A stretch of DNA of 64,000 nt from Eledone cirrhosa. Taxonomy: Eukaryota. Numbering within the stretch: position 1 is the first letter of the stretch; each line of letters starts with the position of its first letter. The position numbers and the translations under genes were made by a program. Below, in pieces: positions 30,095-44,672 of the stretch. The stretch lies in NCBI GenBank assembly GCA_964016885.1, contig OZ024740.1:400954001-401018000 (forward strand), in the 5' to 3' direction. The notes beneath the pieces were generated by a model that ran no database searches, was not told where the DNA came from, and worked only from the letters and a program-made list of their open reading frames with translations.

Positions 30095-32068
30095 ATGGCT
30101 GAGCCACGCCCCCCAGCGATATGTCGGCTGTCGTGCGACAACGACGTAGAATTTGAGAGGAGCGCTACAGCGAAATTAACACACATTGATAACACAAACA
30201 CCACTACAAACAATGTAAACAAAGACACTGATACCAATGAGAACTCTAATTTTGAAAAAATTGACAGTAATAGCGACAACGAAAATACAGATAACAAAAA
30301 AAAAAATAACCAATACAACAACAATATCAACACCACTAACATGAAAACAAATAGCGACAACACCAACAGCAACAATACCAACTGCACCGAGAACAACGGT
30401 GGCAACAAAGACAACAATGGTAACAGCGACAGTGCTAACAACAACACCAACAAGAACAACGACAACGACCACAACACCCCACACGAAAACAAGAAGAACA
30501 CTTTCGCTGCGGCAGCAGCAAAAAAGAGGCCATGCTTCAACATGGACCTCTCAAACAAAGATGAAAAGTTGGCCCAGGCATGGAAGCTCATCAAGCAAGA
30601 GCAAACCTGGGCCAACTTAACTGTCCCGGGAGAAGCTATTGAGGCAGTGGAGCACAGAACGGTGCATTATAGATTCATCTCAGCACAAACCAAAAGGGCA
30701 GCTTTAATCCCACAAGAAGATGTCGAAGTCACGCTGAGGTGCATCAGAGAAGATACCCAGTACATAGAGAGGGGCAAACAGTACGGACCCATTTCGGTGT
30801 TGTTCAAGTCAGAAGCCCTCGCTATGAAACACGCTATGACTCCTTGCAAAACTAGCAAGGTCATAATGTACCCCTCCCACATGGGAAAAAGAACGGCCCG
30901 TCTCCGCATTCCCAGAATCCCACCAGGACTTGACATGTGGTAGATTCTGGGTTGTGTGATTGTGGAGGGAACGGATACCGTCCCTATAGAAGTGACCAGA
31001 ACGGCCAGAGAGGACTGGTCCGGGGTTGACCTGGAGATCCTTCTCCAGATCAGGCCCGAGAATGTGAAGACAATCCCGGACCACATCCGCCTTCAGAATG
31101 GGACGGTCATTCACATTATGACCGAAGGCAAAAGGCCGCAGTGTTTTGTTAGTGGGGAAAAAACCCATTTGCGAGCCTTCTGCCCTCAACTGCTGAAAGT
31201 GACAAGGGGTCGAAAGGCTCCACTGCTGCCGATGACGGGGCGAGGACTACAACCAACATCTGCACCGGTAAAACCACCAACAACAACACCGATAGAATGA
31301 CCACCACCAACATTGACCACCCAGGGGGGAAACGAGGAAAGCTGTCAAATTCTCCCCCCCCCCCCCCCAAATACACACACCAATAAAACCATAAACATAC
31401 ATACAGTCACACTTACAGACACAGACCCCTCATCTACCAGTAGTGAAAATGAGGGAAAACCCAAATCCCCAAAAATACAAAAAAAGGAAACACAAAAAGA
31501 AAAAAAAAACTCAACAAAGCACAAAAGCACCCACAATAAAAAACGCAGACACCACCCACGCAAACATCTCTCCAATAACACCAACACTACCATCACCATC
31601 ACCAGAATCCCACAAACGCAAACAACCGAAACAGACGCAAGAACAAATATACACACAAACATGTGAAACCACAGACACCGCACTAACAATAAACACTGAT
31701 ACAACCGAAACAACATCACCAAAACCATCACCACCACAGCCACGCAAACAAATAAAATCACACTAACTAACAAACAAAACTTCGTGCTCGTCAGGAGGGC
31801 CAACAAGGTACTGATGGCCCTCGTAGCACGAAGTGAAAATATACAAAAAGAGGGGGAAATTTTTAAATCGAGCACATTTCGCGTGCCGGAAGATTTGGTT
31901 TTGGTGCGAATGTCGCTCGACATATACAAAGAAATACGAGACAGCTTTCCTCGGGACGTGGGAACCCCGAACGTAAGTCTTTTAAAGGGGTTCCCAAAAG
32001 AAACCCCACCAACTATGGAGGTCGAACAACCCGACCTCCACAAGAAACCTTCCTCTCTCTCTGTTTAA
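30095..32068 (+). pseudogene. Tx1 ORF1 (gag-like; Asn/Thr-rich low complexity; degenerate zinc knuckle)
   Basis: ORFs 30050-30943 and 30956-31300 are in frame across a TAG; CFVSGEKTHLRAFCP knuckle; further frameshifted pieces up to TAA 32068, 9 bp before ORF2. Confidence 0.75.
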
Positions 32069-32077
32069 CCTGCCAAC

Positions 32078-35000
32078 ATGGCCGTATTAAGAATAGGATG
32101 TTTCAATGTTCGAGGCCTGGGATCGTCCTGGAAGCAGGGTCGCCTGCTCAACGACCTCAGGTCTATAGAAATGGATGTAATTGCAGTCAGCGAGACCAGG
32201 ATTTCCGACACGGGCGCACTGGCCCCCATTTTCGACGTCTATCAGATCTTACATCTGTTAGCCGGTCGGGAATGGGAGGCGGGGTGGCAGTGCTGTTTAG
32301 GAATGGCCTGGAACTCGAGGTAAGGTCGATCTTCCGCGACTCGGACGGGAAGTTGGCGGTCCTGGACGTTAACAATAACGGTGGCCGTCTATGCTCCTAC
32401 TGGGACAGGACGGCCGAATGTCTTTAGACGCCTGGAAACCTTTCTGTGTACGTCTCGCCCTTTACTGTTAGCGGGGGACTGGAACGGCATCTTAGACGCA
32501 CGCTGGGATTGTGTGGGAGTATCCGATAGGAGCGGGGGGTGCAAAGGCCTCAAGAACCTGATCAGCCAGTTCCAACTGTCTGACAGGTACCGACTAGATT
32601 TCCCTAATGCGCCAGTGTGGACCTGGGCTAACCGCATAGGGTCATCTAGATCGTATATAGTCAGGATATTTATTAGGAAAATAGACAGAAATAGTGTAAG
32701 CTGTCTACGTTTTGAAACGGTCGCCTATTCAGATCACAAGTTTGTGATCTGTATGGTCGACCTAGATAAGACACGTAGGTTAGGACCTGGCTACTGGAAG
32801 CTAAACATGTAATTTCCGGCACGTAAGGCTTACAGGGACCAGGTCAACAATTTAGTTAAGAAAAAGTTGACAGGGGGAGTCGTCAACAATAGATGGTAGG
32901 GGGCTCTCAAAAGAGAGATTAGAGTAATGTCGATAGAGTTTAGCAAAGAAGTAGCAATAGAGAAAAATAGAATGGAGGGGGAGTTGGTAGATAAGTTAGA
33001 CGAGGCTATTGGTAGTGGCATTGCAACTGATGTGCTAGCGGCGAGAATAGCATTAGACCATTTCTTCAATGCGAAACACGAAGGTTGCATTGTCAGAGCT
33101 AAGGCGCGTGCTCTGAGAAACGAGGGAACCAAAACTGTTCGAGGGGCCCGCGTGGCAGAAGTGCAGCGTGGTAATAAAACCACGATTCGGTTTTTGACGG
33201 ACCGAGGCGGCCACGAGCTGAGCGATTCCAAGAGGATGTGTGAGGCCTTTCGCCAACATTTTGCTCGGTTGTTCGGGGGAAGTGGCGGGTCAGAGATGGT
33301 GGCGAACTTCAGTCCCTATCTCGATGGCTTGCCGCAATTCTCGACGGCTGACGCTGGGCGCTGCGAAAGGACAATTACTTCAGCCGAGATTCAGGATGCC
33401 TTGTCGGCTGCATGAGGCGCAAGTCACCCGGTTTGGATGGTCTGCCCTACGAGCTTTACATAAATATGCCAGACATGTTCTCCAATCTCCTCGAAGCCCT
33501 CTACTGCAACTGGCAGAAAAACGGGAGTATTCCCAGTTCTGTGAGCCGGGGCGTAGTGACGCTGATAAGGAAAGACGAGAACAAGAGGGACACATTAGAC
33601 AATTTCAGGCCCATAACTCTGCTCAACACAGAGTTTAAGATTTTGGCCAGGGTGTTAGCGAAGAGGTTGGCGCTTGTCGTCGGTGATTTGGTTGGGGAGG
33701 TGAAAACTTGCGCAATCCCAACCAGGTCCATACACGACAACCTCCACCTAATGCGATACATCATAGAGAGGGTAGGGTGTCAAACTGGCTTCGGTGGGGC
33801 TCTGATCAATTTAGATCAATCGAAAGCATTCGATAGGGTCGACCATCGGTACCTGGAGGCTGTCCTCAAGGCGGCTGGCTTCGGTCCCGTCTTCAGAAGC
33901 TGGATCGCTGCAATGCACTGCGGCACCTGCTCGAAGGTCAAAATTAATGGCCACCTCTCGGAACCGTTTCATGTCTCCCGATCGGCCCGTCAAGGGTGCC
34001 CTCCCTCCTCCCTTCTCTACGTATTGATTCTCGAGCCTTTACTGCGGAAGCTGGAGCTGTTGCAGCTCATCCCACTCGAACCGGGACGCGGAAAGGCTGT
34101 GTCGGCTTATGCGGACGACATCACCGTGATAGTGTCGGTCACCTCAGAAATCGAGGTGGTCGGCAACTTATTGGAGGAATATGAAAGGTTGACGGGAGCA
34201 AAACTTAACCCGGAAAAGTCAGTGGGCTTGCAACTCGGCACCTGGAGAGGCAAGTCCATGCCGTCCAACAGCGTCGTTAGGCGCTGGACGGATGGACCGG
34301 TAAAGTTGCTAGGGGTTTGGTTCGGGCCAGACCTCCAGGTGGATAAGAATTGGGACGAGGTGACAGGCAGGGTAGTCAGTCTCACCCAGAAATGGGCTGG
34401 GATGAAGCTATCACTGAAAGGTCGGGCGGAGGTGGCGAACGCGTACATCGCGTCCGTCATCTACTACCGTCTGACTGTCGTCCCTTGCCCCCGTTCGCGC
34501 CTCGCCAACTTGGAGCGGCTCCGCTTCAAATTCTTTTGGAGAGGTCAGGTTCCCCTGGAGAGGCGGTCCAACTGCAGCCAGCACCCTCTACGTGGAGGGC
34601 TGGGCATGCCGTGGCTAATGATACGCAGGCACTCGCTGAGGCTGCGGCATCTCCAGATATTCTGCCTAAACGGTGAACAGGTGTGGTCGCCGTTTGTCAG
34701 ACGGGCCTTTCCGCAGCTCGTTTCTTTGACTGAGTTGCAGTCCTGGGTCAAGAAGAGACCGAGACTGGGTGACTGGCATCTGGAATGTTTCCAGGCACTC
34801 ACTGCCCTCTACCAGGCGGGCAATGCGGTCAGTAGAACTTCCACTCTCGAGTTCTATAGAGGATTAGTGGTGGGCAAGTGCGACGACGCACTCGGAGAGG
34901 CTCTGGGAGTCAACAAAGTCGAACTAACCAGTCTGTACCGGAGGACTTTCGAGCCGGGGACGATGGATAATTTCCAAAAATCCCTCGCTTGGCAGTGCTA

Positions 35001-35478
35001 CCGGGGGGCACTACCGGTTCGAGATAAACTCTACAGGCACGGAAGTGCTGTCAGACGGACCTGCCCGAGATGCGCGCACAGCGACGAAACAGTTCTGCAC
35101 GCACTCATCCAGTGTCCGTGCATTACTGACTTGTGGAGTTATGTTGAACAGCTGTTGTCGCGTGTAGAACGGATCCGGCTATCGGCCGAGTCCATAGTGA
35201 CGATCGACCCGCCGCCTTCTTTTGGCCAGGAAGGGCAGGCAATTTTCCTCTGTCTGGTGGCAGTAGTGAAAGAGGTTGTATGGTGGACAAGGTTGAAAGG
35301 ACTGAAGACAGACACTTTTCTCTTCGGCCAATCCCTCATCAACTTTTTCAAATTTCACTTGGAAAGGAAGGTGAGGGTCGAGAGAGAAGTGCTGCCCCCC
35401 AGTACATTTGCTGAAAGGTGGGTGAATGTGGCGAGAATGGCCCGTGTGAGTGGGCCTACTCTGGTCATGCGGCTGTAG
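32078..35478 (+). pseudogene. Tx1 ORF2: APE endonuclease, reverse transcriptase and C-terminal Cys/His motif
   Basis: CFNVRGL, SET, AGDWN, SDH, GPGYWKLN, KSPGLDG, NFRPITLLN, LDQSKAFDRVDH, QGCP, YADD, CPRC..ETVLHALIQC; stops and frameshifts upstream of the 688-aa piece. Confidence 0.93.
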
Positions 35479-36049
35479 GTAGGTAAATTTGAATAGGAGA
35501 GGGGTGCCCTTCCAGGGTTCTCTCGAAGCCTCGGGTCGTTCAGGACTGGTGGGGTACCTGAGCGAACTCTAGGTGGTCATCCCCTTTATTGGGGAATGTT
35601 TTCTTGTTGTAATTTTCTTGTTACTTTATTGTTACTTTGTTATTGTTACTTTGTTTATTCATATTGTTTACTCGATTTTTTTGTAAAACCCCACTGTTCC
35701 AGTCTTTTCTATTCTCCCCTATATGTCGGCCCTTGTGGCCAATAAATGAAATCATTATTATTATTATTATTATTACTATTACTCTTATTATTTACCTTTA
35801 ATGCATCCTAATCGTATATCAGGGGTTATTTGTTTATTTATTTATTCCTTAATCGTTTCAAGCCCATTGCGTTTGTATGATTATTATGTACCACGTGACT
35901 TTTGATTTACTTTCATGTGATTATATTTCTGGTTCCCGGCAAAACAAAATTTCAGTAACAAATAAACTCCACCCCCAATAAAAACAAACAAAGAAGTAGA
36001 GGAATAAATTAATAAATAGATAGATAAATGAATTAATAAATAAATATAA

Positions 36050-36523
<474 letters not shown>

Positions 36524-36939
36524 GAGAACAAATATAGAGCATTATCTATTTCAGATTTGATACTCTCACCTGCCTCCAGGATATTTTTCGACTGATGTGT
36601 ATTAATTATCCACAGTAAAAGAATCAAAAGGCAGAAATATGAAAAGAAAAGAGAAATCGGAAAAAGGGTAAAAAAGATAAACTGATATTTGATAGTCGTT
36701 TTATACTTGTCTTTGCTATATCTACAATTGTGTATTTGTTTTATACTTTGATTGCCATTTATGTTTTCTTGAACCTTCCTACGTCAATTGCCTCTCAGTA
36801 ACCTTATCAGCCTTTGTTGAAGAAAACAAACTCAAACTTTATTATATGTGCATGTATGTGTATGTATGTATGCATGTATGTATGTATGCATGTATGTATG
36901 TATATATGTATTATGCATATATGCGTAAGTAAGAATATG

Positions 36940-36971
<32 letters not shown>

Positions 36972-37034
36972 TACACACATATATGCACATATATTTGTAT
37001 ATGTACATATGCATAGGGTATATCATACATACAT

Positions 37035-37118
<84 letters not shown>

Positions 37119-37213
37119 ATATATATCCACACATATATATATATATATACTTATATATATATATATTTTTAATTCTGGCAATATTATTACACAAATATGA
37201 CCCTCCCCACGTA

Positions 37214-37245
<32 letters not shown>

Positions 37246-37261
37246 GAGATAAATATAGGTA

Positions 37262-37293
<32 letters not shown>

Positions 37294-37683
37294 GTATACT
37301 TATTTGTAGATATGTATATGTAGACATTTATACCATTATAAACCCAAAACACACACAAATATACACACGTACATATTCACATATACACACATACACACAG
37401 GCACAGTCACACTGACTAATACATTCACACACACATATATGATCTTAGCCATTCGGGATATTTTTTCAAATTGATATGTATTTTATATTTACACCGCCTA
37501 CGTTCACTGTTCTCTCCTCTTTTCTCGCTTTATTCTATATCAATAATTATTACATGTACATATTAATATATAACGGATCTGGGTAGGATGTGGTCTTCTC
37601 ACATGTTTGGCTCGTTCTCGTCCGTTCTAAGCCACCATGGAAATAGGAATTCGAAATGATGATGGTAATGACATATTAATAAT

Positions 37684-37872
37684 TGTTTCTACTTTTGGCA
37701 CAAGGCCAGCAAATACCCAGTGCATTACTGGTACTTTATTTTATCGACCCCGTAATGATGAAAGTTAAAGTTAACCTCGACGGAATTTGAACTCAGACCG
37801 TAAGGGGACGTAACTATGATAGAAAGCATGGCGTCCAAACCTCTACCGATACTGCCAATTCAACGCCCTCAT
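37684..37872 (-). mobile_element. Full-length SINE with 16-bp target site duplication
   Basis: Reverse complement of the 53444-53631 copy; ATGACATATTAATAAT at 37668-37683 and 37873-37888. Confidence 0.9.
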
Positions 37873-37899
37873 ATGACATATTAATAATAATTGCCAGTT

Positions 37900-38255
37900 T
37901 CTTTCCACAAGTGACATTGGCTGTTGTATAAAACTCCACATGTCAGCAAGCACAAAAACTACATACATATTGGACGAGAGCATGCAGAAATTTTTCATCG
38001 TTATGCGTGCATCTCAGGCAAGTGTGTTTGAGAGTACTTCCTGACATGTGGAGTTTGTTTCCAGCCGGCAATACTCCATGTCGCATTGCTAGGTCATGAA
38101 TTTCTACTGATTACATTGACCAAATAGTAGAAATGTCCAGATGCCAGGTGCCCAGGACAGCTTTCGCATGATCCAAGCGGCATGTACTTTAACAGCTCCA
38201 GCTTCCACAATATTGACTCGAGAGTCAGCATATGCAGATGGACCCAGCACCTGAT
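37900..38255 (-). mobile_element. Decayed, internally deleted Tx1-family fragment
   Basis: Minus strand LTLESILWKLELLK and TCLRCTHNDEKFLHALVQ..DMWSF match LILEPLLRKLELLQ and TCPRCAHSDETVLHALIQ..DLWSY of the long copy. Confidence 0.75.
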
Positions 38256-38267
38256 CTAATAATAAAA

Positions 38268-38480
38268 ATAATAATTGTTTCTGATTTAATCACAAGGCCA
38301 CCAAAATTTGAACAGCAGGAGAATGTCGATTAATTCGACTCCCAGTGCATAATTGGTACTTTATTTATTCGACATTGTAAGGATGAAAACCAAAGCTAAC
38401 CTCGGCAGGATTTGAACTCAAAATGTAAACGGCCGTAACTCTATGCCGCAGAGCATGTTGTCCGACGCTCTACCAATACT
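38268..38480 (-). mobile_element. SINE copy
   Basis: CACAAGGCC..GGTACTTTATTTATTCGAC..GGATGAAA..CCTCGGCAGGATTTGAACTC. Confidence 0.8.
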
Positions 38481-38789
38481 ACCATTATTAAATTTTCCTT
38501 TTACTTAGGGTTGGTTTTGACAGTTTTTGTTAGCTTTTATTTATTTATTTTTTCATTGTTCCGTCCTCTCATTCTCGTAAAATGTCGCATCACAAAATTT
38601 AATAGTTAAATAAATTTTGAAAAATAGAGAAAGTATTAAAAGTTAGTAGGAGTAGAAGATAAAGAGAAGTATGAAGGGGTATAAAAATATGAATTAATTT
38701 TTCATTAAGGATATTTGAATGGTATAAATATTAATTGAATTTGCTCTAAAATTTAAATAGAAAAGATTGTGTGTTGGCATGTATTACAG

Positions 38790-40305
38790 AGACAAACATG
38801 TACGAAGTATGTGGGCGGTACTTAGAACTATCTTTTGGATTTCATAAATGCTAGGTTTCCCAGGTATGTTTTCTCGCCACTTTGAACACCTTTCTTTATG
38901 ACACCTAGAGCTCCTATCACTACCGGAATAGTTTGTGTTTTAAGGTACCGCATTCTGTTTATCTCAATTTCTAGATCTTAAGATTTAGCAAGTTTCTCAT
39001 ACTCATTTGCTGACACATTTCTATCAGACGGTACAGTCATGTCAATGAGTAAGCAAGTCTCTTCTTTTTTTAGACTTTAATAAGAATACTATCTGGGCGG
39101 TTTGCAATAATAGTGTGATCTGTGTAAATGATAAAGTCCCAAAGGATTATTATTACTCCTTCAGTCTCAGTTACTGGTTGTGGTTTGTGTTCATACCATT
39201 TTTCTGCATGCTCTGCATTGTATTGTTTGCATATTACTCAGTGGATTTCTTGCCCCACCCTATCATGTCTTATTTTATATTCAGTTGGTGCTAATGTGAG
39301 ACATCCAGATATTATATTGTCAACTGTTTTAAGCTGTACACCACATATTCTGCATTTGGGGGTCTGCTCCATTTCTGAGAATATTTGCCTGATATTTCCT
39401 AGTGAAGAGGCTCCGACCCTAGGCAGCAAAAATAAAACCTTTTGTTTCAGGTTTTAATCCGAACTTCGTAGCCACTGATTGGTTTATGCTTGATATACAT
39501 CAGTATCTTGGATGCGAAGTGGGAACTGGCCCCGCAGTGCTTTTTTGCCATCCATCTCTAAATGTTTTCAGACTTTCTTGCTTGGATTTGCTCCTGCGGA
39601 TTTTTGCAGCCTTAGTTAGAATTAGTTCATCTTCAATATTTAGGTGTGTGTTTTCAGTTTTTAGTTCTTTCTTGTAATTTCCAGCCTCTTTGAGTACTGA
39701 ATGGAGTTTCTTTTGGTTTTCATGCTCTCTTACTAACACCATAATCCACTCTTTGGTGCATTTTAGGTACGTTTGTTGACCTATTGTAGTTATTTTTTGT
39801 GACAAATCAAGTTGGATTAGTCCTCTTCGCCTTTCTTATATTGGCAAATATAGGGGATATATATCTGCCTTATTGGGTTATGCACTTTGTTGTCTGTAAG
39901 AGGTTTTCGCGTTGTGGAGTCCATTCTTTAAAGATCATATGAGTTCAAATTGATAATGTTATAACTGTATCGTACCACTGGTACTGTTAAGGTGTTTATA
40001 GTCTGGAAACGGTTTTTAGAATTTTGTTCAATTTTTAGGATCAGGCTTACTCTTCGTTAATATTCTTTCCGTATTTTTCTCTATTTGATTGTGTTTAATT
40101 CCATCCCCTTCGTTTATGCCTAGTTATTTATAGGTTCCTTCTGGGTCGAACATTCCTCTTTTAAACGTTGCTTTGGCGCATTTGCCAAATCAAAATTCCA
40201 TGACGATGTTATTGCAAAATTGCTTCACAGTTGATTGAAATCCTTCTAAATCTTCGTCACTTTTAGCATATAATTTTAGGTTATCCATATAAAACAAAAT
40301 GGCTA
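38790..40305 (-). mobile_element. R4/Dong-type LINE, 5'-truncated (RT C-half, CCHC, RLE endonuclease), decayed
   Basis: FYMDNLKLYAK, YKxLGI, CRICG..TVDNIISGC..EYKIRHDRV, IIANRPD, LLIDMTVP, PVVIGALG, EIQKIVL..TAHILR. Confidence 0.88.
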
Positions 40306-40329
40306 ACGGTTTTATTGTTGATGTTCATC

Positions 40330-40645
40330 TTATATCCGTATCACATGATACTAGAAAGAAAGTAAATCAAAACATCAGGGAGGAAATCTTATCCATCCTT
40401 AGCTCTGTTTGTAAAGACCTTATGCTAAAAGTCGCCATGAGCCTAAAAAAATACATGGATTTAAATAGGGGTCATTTGGAACATGTGCTGTAACTCTGAA
40501 CAAAATAATCACAAAATAATCAAGGTTTTAATATGTGTATTTAAGGGTCTACCCTACTTGAATTCGGAGTTTCATCAGATTTTGTAACAAATGTATAATA
40601 TAGAAAAGAAATTGGCGCCAGTTTATTTTGAGTGACTATCTGGTG
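40330..40645 (+). mobile_element. Tc1/mariner-type transposase C-terminus and 3' end relic
   Basis: NIREEILSI...GHLEHVL* resembles the RIREEI...GGHFEHLL* ending of Tc1/mariner-family transposases. Confidence 0.5.
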
Positions 40646-40789
40646 CAGGCTTGTATAAATGCATGTATTAATAGATGAACAGTTAGATAGTTGGATTGCT
40701 AATATGTATGTATATATATATATATAATGTCGTGACGGCGATGAATTTGTTTTGGAAGGTTTTTGATATAAAATCGTGTGTCGAAACAA

Positions 40790-41260
40790 ATATTGTTATA
40801 CTTGGGGAGGGTCATATTGTTGTAATAATATTGCCAGAAATAATAACAGAACACACTCACTGTTTGGTTGGTTTTCGCCTCTGTATCTTTTATATCTCCA
40901 TAGTTAATTTATTTGGCAATAAGCGTTTATCCTTGATTGACCAACGGTTAAAAATACAGATATAAATATATATATAGTCTACCAAAGTTCTTTCGTCTCC
41001 AACATCGTCAGTGGTACTATTATCATGTTCCCTCCTATTGTATTGTAATGTTTACGTCAGCATTACTTTGATAGACTGTATATATATATTTATATCTGTA
41101 TTTTTAACCGTTGGTCAATCAATTATAAACACTGATTGCCTAATAAATATTAACTATGGAGATATAAAAGATACAGAAGCGAAAACCTACCAAACAGTGA
41201 GTGTGTTCTGTTATTATTTCTGGCAATATTATTACAATATGACCCTCTCCAAGTATAACA

Positions 41261-41263
<3 letters not shown>
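40790..41263. repeat. Fold-back inverted repeat, about 190 bp arms, about 90 bp spacer
   Basis: TATTGTTATACTTGG.GAGGGTCATATTG..ACCAACGGTTAAAAATACAGATATAAATAT versus its reverse complement at 41072-41263. Confidence 0.9.
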
Positions 41264-41299
<36 letters not shown>

Positions 41300-41304
<5 letters not shown>

Positions 41305-41418
41305 TTAATAATAAATTTGAAGACTAAAATCCCAAAGAGGGCTCGATAAGGATAAATATATATCAAATATATAGGAACCGTAGAGCAAATATTTATTAAT
41401 ATAACAGATTAAAGTTTC
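41300..41418 (-). repeat. Inverted copy of the Penelope 3' terminus at 48899-49015
   Basis: AAGACTAAAAT..AAAGAGG.CTCGATAAGGATAAATATATATCAAATAT..GAGCAAATATTTATTA is the reverse complement of 48905-49010. Confidence 0.88.
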
Positions 41419-41447
41419 ATCTGTTATTTAAATAAATAAATAAATAA

Positions 41448-41513
<66 letters not shown>

Positions 41514-41518
<5 letters not shown>

Positions 41519-42460
41519 GAAGAATTAGAAATAGAAGTTAGGAATATCCGTCATCAGTTGTCTACTAGCCATCATAGGTATTTTTTCGCATTACAGAAAA
41601 TATACCTCCCTCTAGGGCTATACAATAACTAAAATAAGTTATTGGGATAAAAAGAGTTGGGTGGAGAAAGAGAAAGACATGTAAACAGACACGAATGGTG
41701 AGACAACATAAAGAGAGGAAAAAATGAAATAATCAAGTCAATAATGATTTCGAACATAAGAACTAGAGAATTTTGAGGAGAAGAACAAAGACAGATCTTA
41801 ACTGTACGGATGTGAGCGAGAAGAAAGGCCGCGTACGGTGTGGGACGATGGAGCTACAACACAGCTCGCCATTTGTTATTCTTATATACTTTCCCCTTCG
41901 CTGTGACCTGTCTTTTTCTCTTCCCTTGCAGCTATCTTCTTTCGCTCTCTCCCTTCTCTCTCTCCTCCCTCTTACTTTAACTCACCCCTTCTGCTAGTCA
42001 CGCTCTCTCGGCTAGCCTCTTCCTCGCACTTTCACTCACTCACTCTCTGCTACTCACCCCCTCTCTCACTTCCTCCATCGGCCTACACCGTACGCGGTCT
42101 TTCTCCTCGCTCACATCCGAACGGCCAAGATGTGTCTTTGTTCTCCTCCTCAAAATTCGTCAGTTCTTATGTTGGAAATGAATTATTGACTTGATTATTT
42201 TCATTTTTTCCTCTCTTTACGTTGTCTCCCCATTCGTGTCTGTTTACATGTCTTTCTCTTTCTCCACCCAACTCTTTTTATCCCGATAACTTATTTTAGT
42301 TATTGTATCGCCCTAGGCGGAGGTATATTGTCTGTAATACGAAGAAATACCTATGATGGCTAGTAGACAACTGATGATGGATAGTCCTGGCTTCTATTTC
42401 TAATTCTTCATTTTTTATACTTAAATGCAACAACACAGCTCGCCATTTTTTATTCATATA
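41514..42460. mobile_element. Non-coding fold-back element with about 340 bp inverted arms and a short direct terminal repeat (PLE pLTR-like architecture)
   Basis: 41514-41855 is the reverse complement of 42073-42416; CAACACAGCTCGCCATTT occurs near 41857 and 42431. Confidence 0.8.
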
Positions 42461-42619
42461 TATATACATATATAAAGGTTTGTATTTGTAATTAGCTGTC
42501 GAAACATCAATATATATATATATATATATATATATACGTTATTCCGGGTTGAATCGGAGGTAACCACAGTAAGTAAGGTACTCAATACATAGCAGAGTAT
42601 AACAGTTTTAATATAGATG

Positions 42620-42670
42620 AGATTCTACAGGACTAGAACTGTTTCATTCATTAGAAATCATCAGGAATCT
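42620..42670 (-). ncRNA. Hammerhead ribozyme (inverted copy)
   Basis: Reverse complement of 46045-46095. Confidence 0.8.
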
Positions 42671-43099
42671 GGGTATCAAAAAATAATAAGAAGACCGGAT
42701 AAATCAAATCAAACAACACTCGCCTCCTACGTTTGGGACCTCAAAAGGAACTCCACCCCTTCACGCTTAATTGGAAAATACTCCAGAAAGCGCGCTCTTA
42801 CAACGGAGGACACAAGGGCTGCGACCTTTGTATTTCAGAGAGCTACGAAATTTTATTCGCCAAGGGCCCGCTACTGAACAAACTCTCTGAACACTGCCCG
42901 AACTGCATGCACAAGAACTTTGCAACATTCAAACACTTTAAGCCAGTGTTAAAGCCCGATGGCTAAAAACGACCTCCCCCTACTGGCCCCTATACCTCCT
43001 CCCCACCCTACCCCCACCCCTCCTCTACCTGAAATACGGCCACTATGGTCATGTGAGTACCTCTTTCCTATCTACATTTTCTGCCTGTAGAGGTGTCTT

Positions 43100-43174
43100 T
43101 ATGTGCCTGTGTATATGCGTATATTTATTGAGTACCTATTTACTTGTATTTGTTTGTATATGTGTATATGTGTA

Positions 43175-43263
<89 letters not shown>

Positions 43264-43411
43264 GTATATATGTATATATATATGTTTGTGTGTATATGTG
43301 TTTTATGTGTGTATATTTATGTAGGTATATGTATGTATGTGTTTGTGTATATGTATGTATGTATGTATATGTGTATATATATATATATATGTGTGTATGT
43401 GTGTATATATG

Positions 43412-43460
<49 letters not shown>

Positions 43461-43489
43461 GTATGTATATATATGTGTGTATGTGTGTG

Positions 43490-43520
<31 letters not shown>

Positions 43521-43711
43521 TTATGTATGTGTATGTGTATATATATATGTTTGTGTGTATATGTGTTTTATGTGTGTATATTTTTGTATGTATATGTATG
43601 TATGTGTTTGTGTATATGTATGTATGTGTGTGTATATATATATATATATAGGAACCAGTAAGACCCCGACAGCTGAGCTCAAGCCGTTTCGACGGCTAAT
43701 TCTGGACTAAA

Positions 43712-43776
<65 letters not shown>

Positions 43777-44015
43777 TGTGTGTATGTATGTGTATGTATG
43801 TATGTATGTATAAGTGTGTATGTGTGTGTGTATGTTTATGTATATGTCTGTGTATGTGTGTATGTATGTATGTGTGTGTATATGTGTGTATATATATGTG
43901 TATATGTATGTGTGTGTATATGTATATATATATATATATATGTGTATATATATATATGTGTGTATGTATATATATATATATGTATGCATGTATATGTATG
44001 TATGTGTGTATGTAT

Positions 44016-44073
<58 letters not shown>

Positions 44074-44118
44074 GTATATATATATATATATGTGTGTATA
44101 TGTATATATGTATATGTA

Positions 44119-44149
<31 letters not shown>

Positions 44150-44194
44150 GTGCGTGTGTGTGTGTGTGTATATATATATATATGTATGTATATA

Positions 44195-44249
<55 letters not shown>

Positions 44250-44332
44250 ATGTGTATATATATATGTATATGATTGTGTGGGCAGGTGTGTGTATATATG
44301 TATATATATGTATGTATATGTATATATATATG

Positions 44333-44375
<43 letters not shown>

Positions 44376-44516
44376 GTGTATATATATGTATATATATGTG
44401 TATGTGTGTGTGTATGTGTGTGTGTATGTATATATATATATATATATATGTGCATGAGAGAGAGAGTGTGTGTGTATATATATTTTGTGTGTGGGTGTGT
44501 GTATGTGTGTATGCGC

Positions 44517-44576
<60 letters not shown>

Positions 44577-44613
44577 ATGTATGTATGTGTATGTGTGTAT
44601 ATATATATATATA

Positions 44614-44672
<59 letters not shown>

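Larger units (their letters stand above)
29890..35753 (+). mobile_element. Near full-length Tx1/L1-clade non-LTR retrotransposon (disrupted)
   Basis: 5' UTR, ORF1, ORF2 (APE-RT-zinc motif), T-rich 3' UTR with AATAAA at 35741; (ATT)n on both sides. Confidence 0.93.

Noticed and set aside
30061-32043. Hydrophobic minus-strand ORFs resembling membrane proteins
   Set aside because: Antisense shadows of the AAC/ACA-rich Tx1 ORF1.
33412-35478. Active Tx1 or domesticated RT gene
   Set aside because: The upstream endonuclease half has stops and frameshifts, and the QGCPLS motif is altered to QGCPPS; this is a decayed copy.
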